NCBI GenBank assembly: GCA_021788175.1
Contig: JAJYKX010000001.1
Location: 1-47,781, forward strand
From: Chloroflexota bacterium
GTDB taxonomy: Bacteria; Chloroflexota; Limnocylindria; Limnocylindrales; CSP1-4
DNA length: 47,781 bases
Reading direction: 5' to 3'
The first letter of the stretch is position 1. The number at the start of each line of letters is the position of its first letter. Below are positions 36,201 through 44,531 of this stretch, piece after piece. The notes under the pieces were generated by a model. The model was given only the letters and a program-made list of their open reading frames with translations. It had not been told where the DNA came from and did not search any database. The position numbers and the translations under genes are program-made.

Positions 36201-38911
36201 CGACCCAGCAGACGGCGATCCAGTCCTCACTGCAGGCGCTCGGGAGCGCGGCGCAGCTGAGCAGCTCGCCGGTCTTCGCGGTCTCCGGCGGAACGTCCGT
36301 GCGGTTCCTCGACACGGCGACACTCGACCCCGTCGCCTCGGTGACGCTCCCGGGTCCCGCCGGCGGCATGGGGTTCGCCGACACGACCGACATCGGCCAG
36401 CCGACGCTGTACGTCGCCGAGGGCCGCACGCTGCAGACGGTCCAGCTGCCCGGGGATGGCCCGCCCGTCCTCGGCTCCGCGGTGCCGATGCCCGGGGCGG
36501 TCACCAACGTCACCTGGGACGCGGCCTCGGACATGATCCACGCGCTCGGCACCGCGCCCGACGGGCACACGCCCACGATCTACGTGGTGGAGCCGCACGG
36601 CAACGCGGTCTACGCCAACGCCAACCTGCCGTTCACGCCCGCTGCGTGGGCGCTCGACCAGCAGCCGGGCAACCCCGGCGGCGACCGGCAGCAACTGCTC
36701 AACTTCTCGTCCGCCGGCGAGGTGGCCGCGGTGGATGTCGGCAGCCACGCCTTCGCGTGGCGCCTGCCCGGGGTGATCGCTGGCTCCCTGATGATCGCGC
36801 TCCTCTTCCTGCTGGCCCGCCTCCTGTTCCGCCGCCGCTCGGTGGGCCTGATCCTGGCCGCCATGGCCCTGGTCGACGGGATGTTCTTCGCGAACTCCCG
36901 GATCGGGATGAACGACATCTACTCCGGCCTCTTCATCGTGGCCGCCTACGTCGTCTTCGCGGCCCTGGCGCTCGGCAAGTGGCGGGGGCGGTCCGCCCTG
37001 CTCGTCGGCCTGCCGCTGATGGGTGTCCTGCTGGGGCTGGCCTGTGCCTCCAAGTGGGTGGGCTTCTACGCCATCGGCGGCATCGGCCTGCTGACGCTGC
37101 TGCGCAGCGGCCTGGGACGGACCCTCGCCCTCGGCTCGATGGCGGCCCTCACCGGGATCCTGGGCTACTACTCGATCAGCGCCGCACCCGACGTGACCAA
37201 CCCGCAGCTGAACGTCACGTTCCTGCTGATGATGATCGGGCTCACGCTGCTGCTGGCGGCGGGGGTCGCGGTGCGCAGCATGCACTGGACCGTGGAGGAG
37301 CTGCGCTTCGCGGTCTGGGGGCCGCTGGTCCTGGCGGCCGCGGCCGGCGCGGCCGCGATCCTCCTGGGTACCAGGCCGGGGTTCCCGGTCTCGCAGGTGG
37401 CGCTGCTGGGGGTGGCGCTCCTGCTGCTGGTGGTGGCGGTGGTCGCCTACGCGGCGCCGCTCGTGCTGGCGCGATACCGGGCCGGACCGCTGGCGCCCCC
37501 GCCCGAGCCGGGCGAGGCGCGCACCTACGTCGATCCGCCGGCGTCACCGCCCTCGGAGGACTGGCTGGTGCCGGGCGCCGGACGGGGACTGCCCTGGCTG
37601 TGGGCCCTGCTCTGCATGACCCTGATCCCGCTCGTCGTCTACGTGATCAGCTACATCCCCTGGGTGGCCCTGGGAAACCAGTTCTGGACCGGGTTCCCGC
37701 CCGGCAACCACGGGCAGACGCTGTGGCAGCTGACGGTCGAGATGTTCAACTACCACAACGACCTGCGCGTTCCGCACCCGGCATCGTCGCCGTGGTGGGC
37801 CTGGCCGTTCGACCTGAAGCCGGTCTGGTGGTACCAGGGATCGCTGGCGAACGGCACCGGCGCCTCCATCTACGACACCGGCAACCTGGTCCTCTTCTGG
37901 CTCTCGATCCCGGCGTTCCCCTGGGTGGCCTGGCAGGCGTGGCGGCGCCGCAGTCTCGCGCTCGGGATCGTGGTGTTCGCCGCCGCCAGCCAGTGGCTGC
38001 CCTGGGTCTGGGTCGACCGCGCGACGTTCCAGTACCACTTCCTGACCACGCTGCCCTTCACCTTCCTCGCGCTCGCCTACTTCGTGGCGGAGCTCTGGCA
38101 CGGGCCATCGCGCCGGACCTGGGCGCTGGCGCGGATCTCCGCGGCCATCGCGATCCTGGGCCCGGCCATCCTGTGGCTGCTCAAGGGGCCGCTCTGCACG
38201 CTCGCCGGCACCGCCATCGTCGATCCGGCATCGCAGGTGTGCGGCACCGTGGCCAACCCCGTGATCGTGACCCAGCGTGTGACCGCGGCAGCGGTGGTGC
38301 TCGTCATCGGCGCGGTGGCCACGGCGTGGCTCTGGTGGTCGGGGCGGAGGAGCGCCCTGGCCGAGGGTCGTGTCGGCGCCCGCGCGGTCCTGCCGGTCGG
38401 GATCGCCGTGGCGGCCACGCTGCTGGCCCTGGCGGTCGCGCAGACGGTGGTGCCGGACGTGCAGCTCCTCTCGGTGCCGCTGGGCAGCGGGGGCCCGCTC
38501 GTGGTCGCCGCCATCGTGGGGCTGCTGCTGCTGGGCCCCGCCTGGCTGGCGTTCCGGGCGCGCGACCCGCGGCGGTTCGCGGTGGGCATCCTGGTCGCGG
38601 CCGCACTCTGGTTCGTGGTCTGGTACCCGAACATCTCGGCCCTGCCGCTCCCGGCCTCGTTCGTCAACATGTACCAGGGGCTGCTGCCGACCTGGATCTA
38701 CGACTTCCAGTTCACCGTCAACATGACGCCCGCCGCGCACCCGAAGCTGCTCACCGCCGGCACGGTGGCCCTGATCGCGGCCGTCGGGATCGGGTCGGTG
38801 GCCGTGATGTACGCCGCGCGGGCCTGGCGACTGGAGCTGGCGGTGCGACGCGCCGAGCGGGAGGGCCGGCTCCTGGACGGCACCGCCGGCGAGGGGCGCG
38901 CGACGCCCTGA
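33203..38911 (+). CDS. Giant (1902 aa) fusion of two GT-C membrane glycosyltransferase modules; the second is GT39/PMT-like and is interrupted by a soluble insertion of about 455 aa
   Basis: One frame is uninterrupted. Module 1 (about 33203-34770): FKTDISSFTSWSL...DYTPGYLYILWL...VKPQFG...RVHERYLFP. Pro/Ala linker: about 34770-35140. Module 2: YGMYFDEIYHARTATEF (PMT DE-type loop) ... insertion about 35380-36750 ... FANSRIGMNDIYSGLF ... FQYHFLTTLPFTFLALAYF (PMT_4TMC-like). AGGAGG lies 11 nt before GTG 33203. Confidence 0.72.
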   Translation: MRSPSTGGTDRGLGAPGGSARAGVRIRPIALLLLAGLALRLIIAYVLFPGSGFKTDISSFTSWSLTLAHYGPPGFYANAGFADYTPGYLYILWLVGLAGQAIATLLGSDPAVVVGQLIKLPAILFDVAVAYVLYRIVLAWNGSLDEPADAAEWSGAGSSTAAGATGGAGSITAAGAAGAAGRGGRTPRVRLLALGVAALYLFNPVPWYDSALWGQMDSLGALLVLGAILTLVDGWSEAAAALAVLAALVKPQFGLVLSPIVGVVLLRRHLFVPGSGPVPRLRSGRLASWFVDEQGPWRIISSIAAGLFVLFVTIVPFRLDVVGLVRLVLSTAAEYHYLTVNAYNGWALVADPGGVSLASAGTWSNDLVPLLGPLSGFVIGAALLFAGIILGVLQVAWRDSRRSILLAMAFLSLAFFVLPTRVHERYLFPIFVILPLLAMTSRRWLVATVVLATASFMNLHAILTLPLYATANIADLLGGPQFRSEPGVLLSAAGHIAVFLVALAALEPVGWLVRRLLGRPDVAAGWAGAPAGASITVPSASGQPRAPLASGPLSATTPLATAVPPAAEPVSTTAPLSATGPVIAPPPSAAGPVIAPPLPAAPATGAPEAEWVPRPATRWGLGALRNLLGPGSIRADRSASLRHEGTGRVDRLDVLVMALLFVAAMTTRIVGLSQPYGMYFDEIYHARTATEFLQDWRYGMPHAIYEFTHPHLAKYLMAVGLVTFGDDRVTGTSNLGVPVRDAAIEPRWSDPGVSAGRQGDRLYVATGSDVLAYDLQTRGLVARIPVPGATAVAVDTFQHVIYAAGTDGVIWSVPGATLDALRSSGGGEATVQPARLPGPGAGGQVVRLVASTTGGSVLAVTANGAMVSLDTTTGAVLGRNSASAQAGTGPVEGVVALDPVTDVTVDLSKPYDPAQLASLTTALGVASGPAVELPAAVTKAEATVASASASVQRYASLRARTAAQEQALATARQALASAQAQLAAAKASLRTVVVSGFLSATQQTAIQSSLQALGSAAQLSSSPVFAVSGGTSVRFLDTATLDPVASVTLPGPAGGMGFADTTDIGQPTLYVAEGRTLQTVQLPGDGPPVLGSAVPMPGAVTNVTWDAASDMIHALGTAPDGHTPTIYVVEPHGNAVYANANLPFTPAAWALDQQPGNPGGDRQQLLNFSSAGEVAAVDVGSHAFAWRLPGVIAGSLMIALLFLLARLLFRRRSVGLILAAMALVDGMFFANSRIGMNDIYSGLFIVAAYVVFAALALGKWRGRSALLVGLPLMGVLLGLACASKWVGFYAIGGIGLLTLLRSGLGRTLALGSMAALTGILGYYSISAAPDVTNPQLNVTFLLMMIGLTLLLAAGVAVRSMHWTVEELRFAVWGPLVLAAAAGAAAILLGTRPGFPVSQVALLGVALLLLVVAVVAYAAPLVLARYRAGPLAPPPEPGEARTYVDPPASPPSEDWLVPGAGRGLPWLWALLCMTLIPLVVYVISYIPWVALGNQFWTGFPPGNHGQTLWQLTVEMFNYHNDLRVPHPASSPWWAWPFDLKPVWWYQGSLANGTGASIYDTGNLVLFWLSIPAFPWVAWQAWRRRSLALGIVVFAAASQWLPWVWVDRATFQYHFLTTLPFTFLALAYFVAELWHGPSRRTWALARISAAIAILGPAILWLLKGPLCTLAGTAIVDPASQVCGTVANPVIVTQRVTAAAVVLVIGAVATAWLWWSGRRSALAEGRVGARAVLPVGIAVAATLLALAVAQTVVPDVQLLSVPLGSGGPLVVAAIVGLLLLGPAWLAFRARDPRRFAVGILVAAALWFVVWYPNISALPLPASFVNMYQGLLPTWIYDFQFTVNMTPAAHPKLLTAGTVALIAAVGIGSVAVMYAARAWRLELAVRRAEREGRLLDGTAGEGRATP
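34931..34996 (+). repeat. Tandem 2 x 33-nt in-frame duplication in the inter-module linker (SATGPVIAPPP / SAAGPVIAPPL)
   Basis: 34931-34963 is tctgccacggggccggtgatcgccccgccgccc. 34964-34996 is tctgccgcggggccggtgatcgccccgccgctc. The copies differ at 2 positions. Confidence 0.88.
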
Positions 38912-39014
38912 CGCGGATCCCTGACCGGCGCGCACCGCGCTGCGGCCGGATGGCTGACGCGGCCGCGTCGTGCTGCGGCCACCGCCGGCCGGGTGGCCCG
39001 CCCGGCGCCGCGCG

Positions 39015-40214
39015 CTACCCGGGCGTGCCGGCGGCGGTCGGGATCGCAGACGGCGCCCGGGACGGGATCGGTGCCCGGAAGGACGGGGGAAGCTGTCCCT
39101 GGGCGGCCAGGCGCCGGATGACGAACCCGTAGTAGTCGTCCACGCGGGCCGTCACGCGGTCCCAGCCGAACTCGTGCGAGCGCTCCAGCCCCGAGCGGCC
39201 CATCCGCTCCCGGGCCGCTGGATCGTCCAGCAGGTGCGCGATCGCGGCGGCCAGGGCCTCGGGATCGCGTGGGGCCACCAGCAGCGCCTGCTCGCCGCGC
39301 CGCACGACGCCCTTGTATCCGTGGATGTCGCTGCACACGATCGGCTTGCCGGAGGCCATCGCCTCCAGCAGCACGATCCCGAAGGACTCGTGCCCGGTCG
39401 CCGGCGAGACGTACACGTCGGCCGTGGCGAACCACCGCGCCTTCTCGTCCTCGCTCACGCGCCCGAGCATCTCCACCCCGCTGAGACGGCGCGTCATCAC
39501 GTAGCGGCGGGCCTCGCGGTCCTGCGGTCCGTGGCCCACCACCAGCAGGCGGCAGTCCCGGCCCTCGCGCCGCAGGAGACGGAAGGCCTTGAGCAGGTAG
39601 AGGAGCCCTTTTCGGTCCTCGAGGCGACCCACGAACAGCAGGTTGGGCGTGCCGTCGCGCCAGCGCTCGATGGGTCGGGCGGACACGAACCGTTCGACGT
39701 CGACCCCGTTGGGGATCACCTTGTAGTCGCCGGGGAAGTACTTGTCGATGAAGTACCGGGCCGCCGCGCTGACCGCGATCCGGCCGTGGAGCCGCCGCGC
39801 ATAGCCGCCCAGCATCCGGCGACTGAACTCGTAGGCCGGGCTCCACCCGTTGTACGCGTGGAACGTGGCGACGTTGACGCTGGTGGACTCGCGGAGGAGC
39901 ACCAGCGAGAGGAAGGGCACGAAGGGCTCGTGGAAGTGGAGCAGGTCGAACTGCTCGCGGTCGAGGACCTCGCGGCACTGGGAGAGGAACCGCGGCGAGA
40001 CGGTCAGGGTGCCCACGGAGCCGTTGGACGGAACGCTGAAGCCGCGCCCGATCCGGATGATGTCGCCCTCGCTCGACCGCTGCAGGCCGTGGGTGCTGCT
40101 GATGATCCGCACGTCGTGGCCCCGCGCGCGGAGGTGCTGGTGGAGGAACCCGACGTGCGCGTTGACCCCGCCGGGCAGCGGGTAGATGTACGGCGTCACC
40201 AGCCCGATCTTCAC
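39015..40214 (-). CDS. pimA: GT4 glycosyltransferase, PimA-like phosphatidylinositol alpha-mannosyltransferase
   Basis: MKIGLVTPYIYPLPGGVNAHV ... LLHFHEPFVP ... ATFHAY ... IPNGVDVERF ... LLFVGRLEDRKG ... ATGHESFGIVLLEAMASG is collinear along its length with mycobacterial PimA as I recall it (MRIGMVCPYSFDVPGGVQSHV...IHEPNAP...GGESFGIVLVEAMAAG). GTGA overlap with the PHP gene stop. Confidence 0.85.
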   Translation of the reverse strand: MKIGLVTPYIYPLPGGVNAHVGFLHQHLRARGHDVRIISSTHGLQRSSEGDIIRIGRGFSVPSNGSVGTLTVSPRFLSQCREVLDREQFDLLHFHEPFVPFLSLVLLRESTSVNVATFHAYNGWSPAYEFSRRMLGGYARRLHGRIAVSAAARYFIDKYFPGDYKVIPNGVDVERFVSARPIERWRDGTPNLLFVGRLEDRKGLLYLLKAFRLLRREGRDCRLLVVGHGPQDREARRYVMTRRLSGVEMLGRVSEDEKARWFATADVYVSPATGHESFGIVLLEAMASGKPIVCSDIHGYKGVVRRGEQALLVAPRDPEALAAAIAHLLDDPAARERMGRSGLERSHEFGWDRVTARVDDYYGFVIRRLAAQGQLPPSFRAPIPSRAPSAIPTAAGTPG

Positions 40215-41074
40215 GGCGACGCCTCCTGCTCCCCCGGGGCGGCCTCCTCGTCCGACGCCCGGGGCTCGATGAAGCGCGGTGGCCGGAGGTTGCCCCCGGG
40301 GTAGCCGAGATCGCGCCCGGTCCCGTTCCGGAGCAGGGCGCCCCGCAGGTCGTCGCGGATGTCGCGGCTGTACTTGCGGAGCTGCCGGCCGTACATCACC
40401 ACCTGGAACCCGAACGTCCAGAACTCGCCGTGCCAGCCCGTGCGGTGCTCGAGGATCGCCTGGCGGAGATCCTCCGCGGTGTGGCCGGGAAAGGTCGTGT
40501 AGCCGGTGGCGATCGCCTCGAGGAGGTGCGCATCACTGCCCCCCGTGGTGGCCATCCGAAGCTCGTCGGCGAGCCGGACCGTCTGCGCGTGGTGCGTCCG
40601 CCCGGCGGTGGTCGGGTTGAATGCCTCCAGCGCGTCGAGGTGGAAGCGCGGATCCGGGTCGGCCTGGAAGCGGCGGATGGACCGGCCGCTCGCGCAGATC
40701 GGGTACGGTGCCAGGGGGTGGGCGGCGATGGCCAGGCCTCCCTGCTCGTGGACGGCCGCGATGGTGGCCCGCAGTGACTGGAGGGGCCGGATGCGCTCCT
40801 GCAGGAACAGCGCCAGCAGGTGCCCGCCTCGCGTGGTGATCTCCTCGCCCACGATCACCTCGACCCGCGAGTCCCTGGCGCGGGCGAGCGCCCGTGCGGC
40901 CAGCCCGGCGTCCACCCGCTCGTGATCGGAGATCCCGATGACGTCGAGATCCGTGTTCCGCTCGACGTGGTCGAGGATCTCCTCGATGCTCGCCACGCCG
41001 TCGGACGCAAGGGTGTGGATGTGCAGGTCCGCCCTCCCCAGGCGCACCGTATCGGGCCGATCGTGACCGTTCAT
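40211..41074 (-). CDS. PHP-domain metal-dependent phosphoesterase (COG0613/TrpH-YciV-like)
   Basis: RADLHIHTLASDGVASIEEILDHV ... DVIGISDHERVDAG ... GEEITT ... AIAAHP ... TTGGSDAHLLEAI is the PHP His/Asp pattern. ATGA overlap upstream and GTGA overlap downstream. Confidence 0.8.
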   Translation of the reverse strand: MNGHDRPDTVRLGRADLHIHTLASDGVASIEEILDHVERNTDLDVIGISDHERVDAGLAARALARARDSRVEVIVGEEITTRGGHLLALFLQERIRPLQSLRATIAAVHEQGGLAIAAHPLAPYPICASGRSIRRFQADPDPRFHLDALEAFNPTTAGRTHHAQTVRLADELRMATTGGSDAHLLEAIATGYTTFPGHTAEDLRQAILEHRTGWHGEFWTFGFQVVMYGRQLRKYSRDIRDDLRGALLRNGTGRDLGYPGGNLRPPRFIEPRASDEEAAPGEQEASP

Positions 41075-42063
41075 GCCTGTTCCTCCGCCCACAGCGGCTG
41101 GAAGATCGACCACCACTGCTCGGGCGCCTCGGCGATCAGCCGCTCGAATGTCCGTGCCGCCTGGTCCAGGACCCGGCGCGCGCGTTCGTGCCGCGTCCCC
41201 GGGGGCGGCGCCTCGAGCGGCACGACGAACGCCCGGTAGTCCGTCCACCCGACGCGGATGCCCGCCGCGACGAAGGCGGGCACGCCCGACTCGGCGACCA
41301 GGACGCCCGGCCCGGCGGGCAGACGGGTGGTGGCGCCGAACAGCCGGACGGCCACGCCGGGCCCACCCACCCCCCGGTCCGCGATGAGGCCGACGATGTC
41401 CCCGCGCGCAAGCGCCCGCTCGAGCGCCGTGCGCGACCCTCGACTGGGGATGATCTCCACCCCGGTGCGGCCGCGACTGCGCTCCATGTAGGCCTGCAGG
41501 GGCGCGTTGCGGAGCGTCTCCATGGGTGCCACCGCGTGCCGGCCCCGCATCACCGTGATGTATTGCGCCGGGAGCTCGAGCGCCCCCAGGTGGAGCCCGA
41601 TCACGATCGACGGCCCGGGCCGGTCGATCTCGCGATCCGCCACTTCGGGATCCTCGAGCTGGAGGTGGCGCTCCAGGAACGCGCGGTCCACCCTGGCGTT
41701 GCGCACCACCTCGAGGTAGTAGCGGGCGCGGTGGCCGAAGGCGTCGCGCAGGAGACGCTCGAGCGCCGCCGGGTCGTGGGCTGCCCTCCGGATGCGCGGC
41801 GAGGCGGTCCCGTTCGCGTCGAGCCACTGGCAGACGCGCCGGAGGTTGGCGCGGGCAAGAGTCCGCTGCCCCGGCGCGACGAGATACCAGCCCGCGCCCA
41901 CCACATGGGCGATGCGATGGAGGGCCCCTGCCGGCAGCGGCGCGACCAGCGTGGAGAGACCCTCCAGGGCTGCGGCGCCCGCGCGCTGTCGCAGCGTGGG
42001 TCGGGAGGCGGGTCCTCCGCCCCGTGCGCCGTGCTCCGCGGTGCGCAGGCGTCGCTCAGGCAC
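41071..42063 (-). CDS. LPLAT-superfamily acyltransferase, HtrB/PatA-like (copy 2)
   Basis: LHRIAHVVGAGWYLVAPGQRTLARANLRRV ... IVIGLHLGALELPAQY ... GDIVGLIADRGVGGPGVAVRLFGATTRLPAGPGVLV ... PEQWWSIFQPLW. The proposed GTG 42063 overlaps the upstream stop by 8 nt; start uncertain. Confidence 0.75.
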   Translation of the reverse strand: MPERRLRTAEHGARGGGPASRPTLRQRAGAAALEGLSTLVAPLPAGALHRIAHVVGAGWYLVAPGQRTLARANLRRVCQWLDANGTASPRIRRAAHDPAALERLLRDAFGHRARYYLEVVRNARVDRAFLERHLQLEDPEVADREIDRPGPSIVIGLHLGALELPAQYITVMRGRHAVAPMETLRNAPLQAYMERSRGRTGVEIIPSRGSRTALERALARGDIVGLIADRGVGGPGVAVRLFGATTRLPAGPGVLVAESGVPAFVAAGIRVGWTDYRAFVVPLEAPPPGTRHERARRVLDQAARTFERLIAEAPEQWWSIFQPLWAEEQA

Positions 42064-43267
42064 TCGCAGCGCCCTCGTCGACGAGACCAGGGTCGAGCGC
42101 CACCGGTTCCGGGGCCGTCGCTCGTGGCGCGGCGGGCTCCTCCGCCGCCGGTTCCGCCCCGCCGGCCTGCCGCCGACGTCGCCGGGCCGCACGGTCGCCG
42201 CGATCGGTCAGCGCCGCCGCGGCGCGCTCGGCAAGGTGGCTCGCCTCGGCGGCCGTCTCCGGCCAGATCGGCTTGAAGCAGTACCACTGGGACGGTTCCG
42301 TGGCGATGGCCGCCTGGAGGGCGTCGGCCACGGTCTGCGTGGCGCGCTGGATCTCGGCCGGGGAATCGCCCTCGACCTCGATCGGCTCGCCGTGCTCCGC
42401 GTGGTAGCGACCGTCGGCCGCCAGCCGGTTCACCACCGGGACGATCGCCGCGCCGCTCTTCGCGGCGAGCACCGCCGGGCCCGCCGGGAGCGTCGTCCAG
42501 TCCCCGAAGAGCCGGACCGGGATGCCGTCCGATCGATAGCCCCAGTCCACCAGGAGCGCCAGGATCCCCTGTTCGCGAAGGACGCGGTGGATCTCGCGCA
42601 GGTTGCGCCACGCGATCACCTGCACGCCCCAGCGACGCCGCTGCTCGGCGAGCAGCTCGTACAGCTCGGGGAACGCGGTGTCGTCGGCGACGCCGTACGC
42701 GGGGAACCCGTGGGACGCCATGGCGGCAGCCAGCGTCTCCATGCTCCCCACGTGCAGCGTGACGATGATCATCGCGCGGCCCTCGGCACGAAGCCGCTCG
42801 TACAGGCGCCTGAAGGAGTCGAGCCCGCGGTCGCCGTCCGCGTCCACCAGGCGGGCCGGGACGTCCGGGGGCAGCGCCGGCAGGCGCATCAGCCCGACCA
42901 CGTACCCCGCGTAGGCGCGGTAGACGTCGCGTGCCAGGCGGGCCACGTCCGGGTGCTCCACCGGGAGGCCCAGCACGTGGCCGGCATTCGCGGTGATCGC
43001 CCGTCGCTTGGCGGGCCAGAGCGCGTACCCGGCCAGGAACCCCAGCCGGGCGATGGCCAGCACCGGGCCCTCGGGCAGGTGCCCGAGGGCCCAGGAAGCG
43101 GCGCGATAGGCGCGGACGGTCGCCTTCTCGTTGAGCCGGCGGGCCAGCCGCACGAGGCGCCGCCCATCGGCCGCTCGCCGGTGAGGTGCGTAGGCGACAC
43201 CGCCGGCACCCCGGCTCCGACCGGAGATCGCCTCGCCCGGGGCCGGCCCGCCGTTCGAGGACGGCAT
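42056..43267 (-). CDS. LPLAT-superfamily acyltransferase, HtrB/PatA-like (copy 1) with a charged C-terminal tail
   Basis: LAIARLGFLAGYALWPAKRRAITANAGHVLG ... MIIVTLHVGSMETLAA ... GILALLVDWGYRSDGIPVRLFGDWTTLPAGPAVLA ... PSQWYCFKPIW. ATG 43267 lies 13 nt after the ino1 stop. Confidence 0.75.
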   Translation of the reverse strand: MPSSNGGPAPGEAISGRSRGAGGVAYAPHRRAADGRRLVRLARRLNEKATVRAYRAASWALGHLPEGPVLAIARLGFLAGYALWPAKRRAITANAGHVLGLPVEHPDVARLARDVYRAYAGYVVGLMRLPALPPDVPARLVDADGDRGLDSFRRLYERLRAEGRAMIIVTLHVGSMETLAAAMASHGFPAYGVADDTAFPELYELLAEQRRRWGVQVIAWRNLREIHRVLREQGILALLVDWGYRSDGIPVRLFGDWTTLPAGPAVLAAKSGAAIVPVVNRLAADGRYHAEHGEPIEVEGDSPAEIQRATQTVADALQAAIATEPSQWYCFKPIWPETAAEASHLAERAAAALTDRGDRAARRRRRQAGGAEPAAEEPAAPRATAPEPVALDPGLVDEGAASA

Positions 43268-43280
43268 GCGTCCGACCGGC

Positions 43281-44525
43281 CTAGCCGGCGTGTCCCGTGG
43301 CGGAGGCGGCCCGACGCTTCGGCGAGGAGAGCTTCCGGGCGGGCCGCCTGGCCGGTGCCGGCTCGTCGCCGTGGAGCACCTCGTTGTCCTCGCCACGGAT
43401 GAACGCCTCGACGCGCTCGCGCGCCTGGTCGTCATGGATCTGGATGGGCGGGCTCTTCATGAAGTACGAGGACGGGGCGACCAGCGTCCCGGTGAGGCCG
43501 CGGTCGAGGCCGAGCTTCAGGCAGCGGACGGCGTCGATCACCACGCCGGCGCTGTTGGGGCTGTCCCACACCTCGAGCTTGAGCTCCGCGTTGAGGGGCA
43601 CGTCGCCGAAGGTGGTGCCTTCCATGCGGATGTAGCACCACTTGCGGTCCTGCAGCCACGGCACGTGGTCCGACGGCCCGACGTGGATGTCGTCGGGATC
43701 CAGCTCGTAGTCGAGCATGGAGGTCACGGCGTTGGTCTTGGAGATCTTCTTCGACTCGAGCCGCTCGCGCTCGAGCATGTTGAGGAAGTCCGTGTTGCCG
43801 CCGAAGTTCAGCTGGTAGGTGCGGTCCAGCTTCACGCCGCGGTCCATGAAGAGGCGGGTCATCACGCGGTGGCTGATGGTGGCACCGACCTGGCTCTTGA
43901 CATCGTCGCCGATGATCGGCAGCCCGGCCTCGGCGAAGCGGCGCTGCCAGTAGGGCTCACGGCCGATGAAGACCGGGATGCAGTTGACCACCGCGACGCC
44001 CGCGTTCAGCGCCTGCTCCACGTACCACTTCGTCGCCTCCTCCGAGCCGACGGGGAGGTAGTTGATGACGACGTCGACTTCGCGCTCGCGCAGGATGCCG
44101 GTGATGTCGGCGGTGGGGCCGGGCGCCTTCTCGATGATCTGGCTCAGGTACTTCCCCAGCCCGTCGTGGGTCATGCCGCGCTCGACGGGAACGTTCAGCT
44201 TCGGAACCTGCTGGAAGACGTACGTGTTGTTCGGCTTGGCGTAGATGGCCTCGGAGAGGTCCTTGCCGACCTTGTTCTTGTCGATGTCGAAGGCGGCCAC
44301 GAACTCCAGGTCGCGGATGTGATACCCGCCGAGGTCGACGTGCATGATGCCCGGGATGAAGTCGCCGGGCTCCGCGTCCTCGTAGTAGTAGCGGCCCTGC
44401 ACCAGGCTGCTGGCGCAGTTGCCCACGCCGATGATGGCGACGCGGATCTTGCCGTCGTTGCGCTTCGAGCGCTTGTGGCCGTTCCCCTCCGGGGCAGCCG
44501 CCGTCAGCTTCGTGGTCTCGTCCAC
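43281..44525 (-). CDS. ino1: myo-Inositol-1-phosphate synthase
   Basis: [24 protein letters not shown] (Rossmann) ... [19 protein letters not shown] ... [17 protein letters not shown] ... [11 protein letters not shown] ... [10 protein letters not shown] ... [19 protein letters not shown] start with GGAGGAG upstream. Confidence 0.9.
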   Translation of the reverse strand: MDETTKLTAAAPEGNGHKRSKRNDGKIRVAIIGVGNCASSLVQGRYYYEDAEPGDFIPGIMHVDLGGYHIRDLEFVAAFDIDKNKVGKDLSEAIYAKPNNTYVFQQVPKLNVPVERGMTHDGLGKYLSQIIEKAPGPTADITGILREREVDVVINYLPVGSEEATKWYVEQALNAGVAVVNCIPVFIGREPYWQRRFAEAGLPIIGDDVKSQVGATISHRVMTRLFMDRGVKLDRTYQLNFGGNTDFLNMLERERLESKKISKTNAVTSMLDYELDPDDIHVGPSDHVPWLQDRKWCYIRMEGTTFGDVPLNAELKLEVWDSPNSAGVVIDAVRCLKLGLDRGLTGTLVAPSSYFMKSPPIQIHDDQARERVEAFIRGEDNEVLHGDEPAPARRPARKLSSPKRRAASATGHAG

Positions 44526-44531
44526 CGGTGC

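Noticed and set aside
38956-38969. 14-bp perfect palindrome GACGCGGCCGCGTC between the convergent giant GT and pimA genes
   Set aside because: It is a pure GC palindrome with no loop, plausible by chance in this composition. It may add to termination, but there is no specific support.
33658-39132. 1824-aa plus-strand ORF in an alternative frame of the giant gene
   Set aside because: It is an off-frame run-on typical of very GC-rich DNA. The composition is dominated by R, G, P and A with no motifs, and the in-frame neighbour carries clear GT-C and PMT signatures.
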